Source: Oceanispirochaeta sp. (GTDB taxonomy: Bacteria; Spirochaetota; Spirochaetia; DSM-2461). Taken from it: 64,000 bases of DNA. Location: positions 1,888,001-1,952,000 of the forward strand of contig CAXXOA010000001.1 in assembly GCA_963666275.2 (NCBI GenBank), in the 5' to 3' direction. Below, piece after piece: positions 28,766 to 36,741 of the stretch. Each line of letters starts with the position of its first letter. Position 1 is the stretch's first letter. The notes beneath the pieces were generated by a model that did not search any database, was not told the origin of the DNA, and saw nothing but the letters and a program-made list of their open reading frames with translations. The translations under genes were made by a program, and so were the position numbers.

Positions 28766-29884
28766 ATGAAAAAGTTTTTAGTTGTTCTTCTGATGACTTC
28801 TGTACTTATGGGTGCTCTGGTATCCTGTAAGAAAGAAAGCGAAGCAATTAAAATTGGTGTTGCAGGGGCTCACTCAGGTGACCTTGCCTCTTATGGTCTT
28901 CCTTCCGTTAAAGCGGCAGAACTTGTTGTTGAAATGTATAATTCCAACGGAGGAGTTCTCGGCAGACAGATCGAACTTGTAGTCGAAGATGATGTTTGTA
29001 AGCCTGAAGTTGCTACAAACACAGCATCCAAACTGGTAGGTGATGGTGTCGTTGCTGTAATCGGACATATCTGTTCCGGTGCAACAAAAGCAGCCCTCGG
29101 TATTTATAAAGATGAAAATATCGTTACCATTTCTCCCTCAGCAACCAACCCCCCTCTGACAAAGAGCGGAGACTATCCTAACTTCTTCCGTACTATTGCT
29201 CCGGATGATGCTCAGGCTGAAGTTGATGTAAACTTTGCTGTTGATGAACTGGGACTTTCAAAAATCGCCATTCTTCACGACAAAGGTGACTACGGTAAAG
29301 GATTTGCGGAATTCTGCCAGGCTATGCTTGAAACCAAAGGCGGAGTTGAAATTGTTATGTTTGAAGGAATTCAGGTCGGTGCTGTAGACTATTCCGCCAT
29401 CATCAACAAAATTGACGCTTCAGGTGCTGATGGCATTATTTTCGGTGGATACCATCCTGAAGCTTCCAAGCTTGTCAGCCAGATGAAAAAGAAGAACATG
29501 GAAATCCCCTTCATCTCCGATGATGGTGTAAAAGATGATACTTTTATCAAAGTGGCAGGAGAATTCGCCGAAGGTGTATATGCTTCCGGTCCTGTTGATA
29601 CCTCATCCAATCCCATGGCCATCAAGGCAGTTGAAGATCATAAAGCTAAATACGGTGAAGATCCCGGTGCTTTCTTCCTGAATGCCTATGCGGCAACTGT
29701 TGCTGTTCTCAATGCTATCGAGAAAGCCGGTTCTACAGAATATGATGATATTACTGCTGCTCTGAGAAGTGAATATGTAGAAACTCCCCTTGGTAAAATC
29801 AGCTTTGATAAAGCTGGTGATGCTATCGGTGTAGGTTTTGCTGTATATCAGGTACAGAACGGCGCTTATGTTGAGCTGAAATAA
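28766..29884 (+). CDS. livK: Branched-chain amino-acid ABC transporter substrate-binding lipoprotein
   Basis: Lipobox LVSC plus NGGVLG, DD.CKP, IGHICSGAT and FFRT..DD.Q motifs. Confidence 0.9.
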   Translation: MKKFLVVLLMTSVLMGALVSCKKESEAIKIGVAGAHSGDLASYGLPSVKAAELVVEMYNSNGGVLGRQIELVVEDDVCKPEVATNTASKLVGDGVVAVIGHICSGATKAALGIYKDENIVTISPSATNPPLTKSGDYPNFFRTIAPDDAQAEVDVNFAVDELGLSKIAILHDKGDYGKGFAEFCQAMLETKGGVEIVMFEGIQVGAVDYSAIINKIDASGADGIIFGGYHPEASKLVSQMKKKNMEIPFISDDGVKDDTFIKVAGEFAEGVYASGPVDTSSNPMAIKAVEDHKAKYGEDPGAFFLNAYAATVAVLNAIEKAGSTEYDDITAALRSEYVETPLGKISFDKAGDAIGVGFAVYQVQNGAYVELK

Positions 29885-29900
29885 CAGCATAAGTATTTAA

Positions 29901-29931
29901 CAAAAGCAGAAGCTGAGTGCTTCTGCTTTTG
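29901..29931 (+). terminator. Intercistronic hairpin after livK (partial terminator or mRNA stabiliser)
   Basis: Perfect 13-bp stem CAAAAGCAGAAGC/GCTTCTGCTTTTG. Confidence 0.7.
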
Positions 29932-29975
29932 TCGTTTAGTTCTGGTATTTAAAAACAAGGAGCTTTATAAAGATT

Positions 29976-30884
29976 ATGAATCTCGAATATTTTTTTACGC
30001 TATTTCTCAGTGGAATGACCCGGGGAAGTATTTATGCCCTGATCGCACTGGGATATACCATGGTTTACGGTATTATCAAACTGATAAACTTCGCCCATGG
30101 TGAAATTTACATGATAGGAGCTTTTACAGCCCTGATCATCGGGGGAGCTCTAACCCTCACCGGTATGAACCCGGTTATAATTTTTATTATCGCAGTTATT
30201 GCTGCGGTTGTTTACTCTGCAGCCTATGGTTTAACAATTGAAAAGATAGCCTATAAACCTCTGAGAAATGCGCCCAGGCTTTCCGCACTGATCAGTGCTA
30301 TCGGTGTATCTATTTTTCTGCAGAACTACGTTTTACTGGCGCAAACTTCAGATTTTCTTCCCTTTCCCAACTTACTGCCTGAATTTGCATTTTTGAAACC
30401 TATTGAAAATTTTATGTCTACCACACAGTTCCTGATTTTATTCAGTACCGCTGTTGTAATGATACTTTTAACTATATTGATCAAATTTACCAAAATGGGA
30501 AAAGCCATGAGAGCGACGTCCCAGGATAAAGATATGGCTCAGCTTGTGGGTATCAATGTTGACAGGGTCATCTCACTTACCTTCATAATCGGTTCCGGTA
30601 CAGCCGCTCTCGGTGGTGTACTGATTACCTCCCATATTGGACAGATCAACTTTTATATTGGTTTTATTGCAGGTATTAAAGCATTTGTTGCGGCGGTTCT
30701 TGGTGGAATCGGCAGTGTTCCGGGTGCCGTTCTGGGAAGTTTCGTTCTCGGACTGACTGAAAGTTTCGGTACCGGTTATATCTCCAGTGACTATGAAGAT
30801 GCCTTTGCCTTTATTATTCTGATTCTTATCCTTATTTTCAAACCTGCCGGACTTCTTGGCAGAAAAGAAAATGAGAAAGTCTGA
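29976..30884 (+). CDS. livH: Branched-chain amino-acid ABC permease
   Basis: GSIYALIALGYTMVYGII.LINFAHGE and KAFVAAVLGGIG motifs. Confidence 0.95.
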   Translation: MNLEYFFTLFLSGMTRGSIYALIALGYTMVYGIIKLINFAHGEIYMIGAFTALIIGGALTLTGMNPVIIFIIAVIAAVVYSAAYGLTIEKIAYKPLRNAPRLSALISAIGVSIFLQNYVLLAQTSDFLPFPNLLPEFAFLKPIENFMSTTQFLILFSTAVVMILLTILIKFTKMGKAMRATSQDKDMAQLVGINVDRVISLTFIIGSGTAALGGVLITSHIGQINFYIGFIAGIKAFVAAVLGGIGSVPGAVLGSFVLGLTESFGTGYISSDYEDAFAFIILILILIFKPAGLLGRKENEKV

Positions 30885-30899
30885 TTCATAAAAGAGAGT

Positions 30900-32114
30900 G
30901 TGATTGTGTTTAGTTTTGAAAAAATAAAAAAATCGCTGATTACGGCTCTATGGTTCATTTTCCTGACATTTCCCTTACTTGTCATGAAAGTGAATACAAT
31001 TGAGAATACCGTTGTATGGCGATGGAAAAATATACTTTTTATCGGTGTTTTTGCCTTTGTAATGTCCTTATTCTGGGATGAACTTCTGGCAAAAAGGAAC
31101 GCTGCAGAAGCCTCAAAGGAAAAGAGCTCCCTTGCGAAAAAGATTTCGGAAATAATGGAGGACAAAAAGTATAAGTACTCCTCTCTGGGTGTCCTTCTGC
31201 TTATTGTGGTTCTCTTTCCTTTTATCATGTCCATGTACCAGACCAATATTATAATTACAGCATTAATGTATGTGGTCCTGGGTCTCGGACTGAATATTGT
31301 AGTCGGTTTCGGAGGGCTCCTCCACCTGGGCTACGCAGCTTTCTATGCAGTCGGTGCCTATACCTATGGACTTCTGTATTATCACTTCGGTCTGAATTTC
31401 TGGATATGTATTCCCATAGGTGCTCTCCTGAGTGCTCTGTTCGGCATACTTCTGGGTATACCCGTACTGAGACTGAGAGGAGACTATCTGGCTATCGTCA
31501 CCCTGGCGTTCGGCGAAATTGTCCGTCTTGTTCTTGAAAACTGGAACGATTTTTCTTTCGGACCAAGCGGTATAGCCAATATTCCCAGACCCCTGCTTTT
31601 CGGACATAAACTCCGCCTTGCCGAGGTAACGACTTTTACCTACTTCATTACCATTGCCCTTACCATCCTGACAATCCTGATCATCAGGCGCATCGAAAGC
31701 TCAAAAATCGGTAGAGCCTGGGAAGCCATGAGAGAAGATGAAATTGCCTGCCAGGCCATGGGTATCGATATAATGAAAACCAAACTGGCCGCTTTCTCCA
31801 TGGGAGCCATCTGGGCGGGAATCATGGGTGTACTGTTTGCAGCGAAAACTACGTTTATCAATCCTGCCAGTTTTACAACCTGGGAATCCATTGTTATTCT
31901 CTGTGTTGTTGTTATCGGTGGTATGGGGTCTATACCGGGTGTTATTGCAGGTGCTCTGATTTTTATTCTGACTCCGGAATATCTGAGAGCGTTCTCCGAA
32001 TACAGAATGCTGATTTTCGGACTGGCCCTTGTTATCATGATGATCTTCCGACCGGGAGGAATTATTCCCAAAGTTCGAAAATCTCATCAGTTTAAAACCG
32101 GGGAGGAGAAGTAA
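30900..32114 (+). CDS. livM: Branched-chain amino-acid ABC permease
   Basis: GLNIVVG..GLL.LGY.AFY and LRLRGDYLAIVTLAFGEI motifs. Start position uncertain. Confidence 0.93.
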   Translation: MIVFSFEKIKKSLITALWFIFLTFPLLVMKVNTIENTVVWRWKNILFIGVFAFVMSLFWDELLAKRNAAEASKEKSSLAKKISEIMEDKKYKYSSLGVLLLIVVLFPFIMSMYQTNIIITALMYVVLGLGLNIVVGFGGLLHLGYAAFYAVGAYTYGLLYYHFGLNFWICIPIGALLSALFGILLGIPVLRLRGDYLAIVTLAFGEIVRLVLENWNDFSFGPSGIANIPRPLLFGHKLRLAEVTTFTYFITIALTILTILIIRRIESSKIGRAWEAMREDEIACQAMGIDIMKTKLAAFSMGAIWAGIMGVLFAAKTTFINPASFTTWESIVILCVVVIGGMGSIPGVIAGALIFILTPEYLRAFSEYRMLIFGLALVIMMIFRPGGIIPKVRKSHQFKTGEEK

Positions 32115-32908
32115 TGAGCAGCGCGCCAATACTCGAAGTGAATAACCTGTCCATGGTTTTCGGCGGTTTACGTGCCGTGGATGATGTGAACATCAAGATC
32201 AATAAAGGGGAAATCGTTGCTCTCATCGGTCCGAACGGAGCGGGAAAGACAACATTTTTCAATTGTGTTACAGGTGTATATGTACCCACTCACGGTGAAG
32301 TGAAAATAAATCCTCCCAATGGAAAATCTGCTGTTCTGAACGGCATGAAACCCAATGTTATCAATGAAAAGGGGCTGGCAAGAACATTTCAGAACATAAG
32401 GCTTTTCAGCAATATGACGGTTCTTGAAAATGTTATGATCGGACGGCACCAATGCCTCAAATCCAGCATTCTGAGCTCTGTACTTCATACAAGAAAGAAC
32501 AGGGCAGAGGAAAGACAGGTCCTTGAGGATAGTTATAATATTCTGAAAAAAATCGGTCTGGAGCAGTTTACCAATGAACTGGCCAGCAATCTTCCCTATG
32601 GAGCTCAGAGACGTCTGGAAATAGCCAGAGCAATGGCGACGGAACCCTTTCTGCTCCTTCTTGATGAACCGGCAGCGGGAATGAACCCCCAGGAAACAAA
32701 TCAGCTAGTAGAGCTCATCCTTCGTCTCCGTGAAGAAGAGGATCTCTCCATCCTGCTGATTGAACATGATATGAGCCTGGTCATGACCCTTTCAGAAAGA
32801 ATATATGTAGTTGATTACGGCAAAATGATTGCCCAGGGATCTCCTCAGGAGATAAAAAACAATCCTGAGGTCATCAAAGCTTATCTGGGAGAGGATATCG
32901 ATGCTTAA
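32114..32908 (+). CDS. livG: Branched-chain amino-acid ABC ATPase
   Basis: FGGL.AV, GPNGAGKTT, RTFQNIRLF, LPYG.QRRLEIARA and AYLG motifs. Confidence 0.95.
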   Translation: MSSAPILEVNNLSMVFGGLRAVDDVNIKINKGEIVALIGPNGAGKTTFFNCVTGVYVPTHGEVKINPPNGKSAVLNGMKPNVINEKGLARTFQNIRLFSNMTVLENVMIGRHQCLKSSILSSVLHTRKNRAEERQVLEDSYNILKKIGLEQFTNELASNLPYGAQRRLEIARAMATEPFLLLLDEPAAGMNPQETNQLVELILRLREEEDLSILLIEHDMSLVMTLSERIYVVDYGKMIAQGSPQEIKNNPEVIKAYLGEDIDA

Positions 32909-33608
32909 TATTGAAAATATAAGTACCTTTTATGGAAATATACAGGCACTGAAAAATATCTCCATTTCTGTAAAAGAAGGGGAGATCATTACTCTTATCG
33001 GTGCCAACGGTGCGGGAAAATCCACAACTTTGATGTCTCTTTGCGGGATAGTTCCGGTAAAAAGCGGAAAAATCACATTTGACGGCAAAGATATAACAAA
33101 GATGAATCCTGACAAAATCGTGTCCATGGGAATATCGCAGGTTCCTGAGGGACGCCGGATATTTCCTCTTCTTTCTGTGAAAGAAAACCTGGATATGGGC
33201 GCATTCCTCAGAAATGATAAAGAGGAAATAAAAAAAGATATTGAATATATCTACACCCTTTTCCCCAGACTTGCTGAAAGACGGAATCAGCAGGGGGGAA
33301 CCCTCAGCGGGGGAGAGCAGCAGATGCTCGCTATTTCCAGAGCTCTCATGGCACGACCCAGACTTCTTCTTCTGGACGAGCCATCTCTCGGTCTGGCTCC
33401 GCTGATTGTACAGCAGATATTTGAAATCATTAAAAAAGTAAATGAAGAAAATAACACAACTATCTTTCTGGTAGAGCAGAATGCCAATATGGCACTGAAA
33501 ATTGCCCATCGGGGATATGTTCTTGAAACAGGGAACATAACAATGACGGACGATGCGGACAAGCTGCTTTCCAATGAAGATGTTAAAAAGGCTTATCTGG
33601 GTATATAA
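32901..33608 (+). CDS. livF: Branched-chain amino-acid ABC ATPase
   Basis: GANGAGKST, VPEGRRIF, LSGGEQQMLA and DEPSLGLAP motifs. Confidence 0.95.
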   Translation: MLNIENISTFYGNIQALKNISISVKEGEIITLIGANGAGKSTTLMSLCGIVPVKSGKITFDGKDITKMNPDKIVSMGISQVPEGRRIFPLLSVKENLDMGAFLRNDKEEIKKDIEYIYTLFPRLAERRNQQGGTLSGGEQQMLAISRALMARPRLLLLDEPSLGLAPLIVQQIFEIIKKVNEENNTTIFLVEQNANMALKIAHRGYVLETGNITMTDDADKLLSNEDVKKAYLGI

Positions 33609-33631
33609 TTTACTATCCGGAAGAAGTTCTT

Positions 33632-33668
33632 AAAAAAGCTGAATACAAAATGTATTCAGCTTTTTTTT
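33632..33668. terminator. Bidirectional intrinsic terminator
   Basis: AAAAAAGCTGAATACA-aaa-TGTATTCAGCTTTTTT between convergent genes. Confidence 0.88.
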
Positions 33669-34449
33669 ACATTAGAACACCCTCTTTTTGTGAAAGTGGA
33701 TTATCTTCATCGCCGAAAAGAGCATTAATCATCTCTGTAAGCTCAGAATTCACTCTTTTAAGATGATACAGAATTGTCCAGGGGTAACCAGCCTGAAAGA
33801 TCTCCTGATTCATCTGAGCCAGTGATTCCGGGGTCCGCAGCCATAGATAAGTGACAGGCGTTATTTCATCCAAGGGGATAAGACTCAGCATTGCAGGAAG
33901 TATATTATTGTCCACCCACAGGGGATCTATTGATTTCAGGGTATACATAAGGTACCAGTAGGAAAATTCGCTATTACTGTCAAAAAGACTGGGAATGAAC
34001 CAGGGATATTCCTGTAAAGGAAGGCTGTGAACTATCAGGTATTGCAGTTCTTCATAATACTCGTTTCTGATGAGGGAAAGAATGCCCGAGTTCCTGTCCA
34101 GAATCTTTTCAGTGAATTGTTTTTTCTCTTCCGGACTCCAGTTCTGATATTTCAGAATTCTATGAAAACTTTCCACAACAAAAAGGTCTTTCCCGGCACT
34201 GTAATTGACAAATTCCATCAGCCATTCAGGGGAATCAATATCTCTGCGAATGAGTGCAAAAGCTTCATCTATCTCCTGAAGAGATGCCTCCATCTCATTG
34301 ACTGCAAGTTCAACAGAACGGATATCTCCCGTATCCGTTGACTCACCAATGATCATGCCTGAAGTCTCACCGGAGTTTACTGCGGAGACACACCCGGAAT
34401 AGATCAGAGCAAGAAAAAATATGAATAAACTATTTATAACCTTTTTCAT
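33667..34449 (-). CDS. Hypothetical lipoprotein
   Basis: Signal peptide with lipobox (MKKVINSLFIFFLALIYSGC) if translation starts at 34449. No recognised domain. Confidence 0.65.
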   Translation of the reverse strand: MKKVINSLFIFFLALIYSGCVSAVNSGETSGMIIGESTDTGDIRSVELAVNEMEASLQEIDEAFALIRRDIDSPEWLMEFVNYSAGKDLFVVESFHRILKYQNWSPEEKKQFTEKILDRNSGILSLIRNEYYEELQYLIVHSLPLQEYPWFIPSLFDSNSEFSYWYLMYTLKSIDPLWVDNNILPAMLSLIPLDEITPVTYLWLRTPESLAQMNQEIFQAGYPWTILYHLKRVNSELTEMINALFGDEDNPLSQKEGVLM

Positions 34450-34529
34450 AGAAACCAATATACCATAAATTATTATGTTTTCATGCCCTTCCATAAAACA
34501 ATAATATTATATATATTTGTTTTTATATA

Positions 34530-34557
34530 TTGACAAAAAAAGAATTCCCGATATATT
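34530..34557 (+). promoter_or_regulatory. Putative sigma70 promoter of the methyltransferase-peptide-radical SAM operon
   Basis: TTGACA (34530-34535)-16 nt-TATATT. Confidence 0.55.
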
Positions 34558-34601
34558 TATAGATATATATTTACACTTTCTTGATTATTAAGGAGATTCC
34601 T

Positions 34602-35249
34602 TTGGAAGTACTAGATGCCATAAATATTCGTTACAGTGAACTTTCCAACAGTGACTGCTGTCTATCCTGCGGAAAAGCACTTCAGTTTGCCGGTCCCGGT
34701 GAAGGAGAGACCTGTGTGGATCTGGGTTCGGGCAGAGGCAATGATGTCATCCGTATGGCCGAATCAGTGGGCGAAACAGGGTTTGCCTATGGTATAGATC
34801 TATCTGACGGTATGATAAGCAAAGCAAAAAGGAATGCCGAAAAGCTGGGTGTGAAAAATGTTGAGTTTCTCCAGTCGGATCTTGAAACTCTGCCTCTGAA
34901 ATGCGGTTCTGTGGATTTAATCATATCGAACTGCGTACTCAATCATGTCAAAGATAAATCAAAAGTCTGGTCTGAAATCTACAGGACCCTGAAAACTGGG
35001 GGCAGATTTGTTGTAAGTGATATCTATGCAACACAGACTGTTCCGGAAAAATATGCCAATGATCCTGCCGCTGTTGCAGAATGCTGGGCGGGAGCCGTTA
35101 CAAGAAAAGAATATATGGCGCTTCTGGAAGGTGCCGGATTTAAAAATATTACTGTCCTGGAAGAGACAAAACCCTATGATAAAGGGGAAATTCAAGTAGT
35201 CAGTTTTACACTTTCCGGCTTTAAAACCGGTGAGTGCAGCTGTAAATAA
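34602..35249 (+). CDS. SAM-dependent methyltransferase, arsenite methyltransferase (ArsM)-like
   Basis: DLGSGRGND SAM motif. Cys motifs CCLSCG, ISNCVLN and ECWAGA match ArsM LGCG, SNCV and C.AGA; C-terminal CSC. AAGGAG SD precedes TTG 34602. Confidence 0.8.
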   Translation: MEVLDAINIRYSELSNSDCCLSCGKALQFAGPGEGETCVDLGSGRGNDVIRMAESVGETGFAYGIDLSDGMISKAKRNAEKLGVKNVEFLQSDLETLPLKCGSVDLIISNCVLNHVKDKSKVWSEIYRTLKTGGRFVVSDIYATQTVPEKYANDPAAVAECWAGAVTRKEYMALLEGAGFKNITVLEETKPYDKGEIQVVSFTLSGFKTGECSCK

Positions 35250-35266
35250 ATTTGGAGGAAAGATCA

Positions 35267-35362
35267 ATGAAATCTCTCATCCGTAAAAAATCAGATAAAG
35301 CAGTGAAAACAGCACAGTGCTGTGCCAAAATTTCACCTGTTGTAGCTGGTTGTCACGACTAA
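35267..35362 (+). CDS. 31-aa putative RiPP precursor peptide MKSLIRKKSDKAVKTAQCCAKISPVVAGCHD (not in ORF track)
   Basis: GGAGGA SD at 35254-35259, ATG 35267, TAA 35360-35362. Basic N-terminal half and three Cys in the C-terminal half. Lies directly upstream of a radical SAM/SPASM gene. Confidence 0.85.
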   Translation: MKSLIRKKSDKAVKTAQCCAKISPVVAGCHD

Positions 35363-35395
35363 ATGAATTCCGGGCCTTCGGGCCCGGAATTTCAT
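35363..35395 (+). promoter_or_regulatory. Stable C(UUCG)G hairpin right after the peptide gene (stabiliser or attenuator)
   Basis: 11-bp perfect stem AATTCCGGGCC-TTCG-GGCCCGGAATT, extendable by TGA/TCA with one bulge. No poly-U tail. Confidence 0.75.
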
Positions 35396-35427
35396 AGCAC
35401 ACGCCTCAAGGAACAACTTTATAAACT

Positions 35428-36741
35428 ATGGAACTATCAAAATACACAATCTTTTCCAAGCTGAAAGACTCGACTAACTGGTTCATCATCAATCTGCTCA
35501 CTGGTGAAGCGGATATCCTGGATGAATCCACTGGAGAATCCATACAGAACGGAGACTTTCCCGATCCGCAGCCCTATATCGAAAAGGGGTACATTATGGA
35601 TCCCCGGGAGGAGGAAAAGCTTTTTAAATCCCGGTATCTTGACTTCAAAGAACAGCAGGAAAAATCTGAAACACAGATATTCTATGTTCCCACCTATCAG
35701 TGCAATTTTGCCTGTACGTACTGTTATCAGGAAAGTTACGAAAATCCTCCCCGGGAACAGCAGCTGGCTGTAATGGACAGTTTTTTTTCCCATCTGGACA
35801 GAAATTTTGCAGGAAAACCTTTCTATGTCACTCTCTTCGGGGGAGAACCGCTCCTTCCGGATAAAATCAGCCAGGAAAACATATCCTACTTTCTGGATGA
35901 AGCGGATAAAAGGAATATTTCTCTTGCGGTCGTGACTAACGGTTATTCTCTGGATTCCTATCTCCACAGGCTGCAGAGATCCAATATTCGCGAAATTCAG
36001 ATAACCCTGGATGGTGTAGGGGAAATCCATGATAAACGACGTCCTCTAAAGGGCGGACAGCCTACTTTTGAAAAAGTGGCGCAGAATATATCCAGTTGCC
36101 TGAATGCGGGGATCTCCGTAAACCTGAGGGCTGTTGTGGACAAACAGAACATAAAAGGACTGGTCGATCTGGCCCGTTATGCTATCCGGAATAAGTGGAC
36201 TGAATCTCCCTTATTTAAAACACAGCTGGGAAGAAACTATGAACTTCATACATGCCAGAGTGGACATAAGTACCTCTTCAGCAGAGTGGAAATGTACCAG
36301 GAACTCTACACACTCCTCAAGGATTACCCTGAAATAGGAGACTTTCATACACCGGCCTTTTCCATTTCCCGTTTTCTCCATGAAAACGGGGAGCTTCCGG
36401 AACCACTGTTTGACTCCTGTCCGGGGGGAAAAACAGAGTGGGCCTTTGACTATACCGGAAAGATTTTTCCCTGTACGGCCATGGTGGGAAAAGCCGGAGA
36501 AGAGCTGGGACAGTTTTATCCCGAATCCTTTCTGGAAGAATCAAAATGCGATCCCTGGCAGGACCGGGATGTTCTGGCAATAAGCGAATGCCGTGACTGC
36601 AGCCTTCAGCTGGCCTGCGGAGGCGGCTGCGGAGCCGTTTCCAAAAACCGCACAGGAACAGTACTGTCTCCAGACTGTAGACCTGTAAAAGAGTTAATGG
36701 AGATGGGAATATCATTGTATTTTAATCAAGGAGATATATGA
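35428..36741 (+). CDS. Radical SAM/SPASM domain peptide maturase
   Basis: CNFACTYC, FGGEPLL, VTNG and QITLDG....HDKRR motifs. SPASM cysteines CPGG, IFPC, CRDCSLQLACGGGC and DC. About 80-aa N-terminal extension where an RRE would sit. Confidence 0.92.
   Translation: MELSKYTIFSKLKDSTNWFIINLLTGEADILDESTGESIQNGDFPDPQPYIEKGYIMDPREEEKLFKSRYLDFKEQQEKSETQIFYVPTYQCNFACTYCYQESYENPPREQQLAVMDSFFSHLDRNFAGKPFYVTLFGGEPLLPDKISQENISYFLDEADKRNISLAVVTNGYSLDSYLHRLQRSNIREIQITLDGVGEIHDKRRPLKGGQPTFEKVAQNISSCLNAGISVNLRAVVDKQNIKGLVDLARYAIRNKWTESPLFKTQLGRNYELHTCQSGHKYLFSRVEMYQELYTLLKDYPEIGDFHTPAFSISRFLHENGELPEPLFDSCPGGKTEWAFDYTGKIFPCTAMVGKAGEELGQFYPESFLEESKCDPWQDRDVLAISECRDCSLQLACGGGCGAVSKNRTGTVLSPDCRPVKELMEMGISLYFNQGDI

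Noticed and set aside
35267..35395. Selenocysteine read-through of the peptide, with the hairpin acting as a SECIS
   Set aside because: The peptide ends in TAA, not TGA, and none of the four operon ORFs has an internal in-frame TGA.
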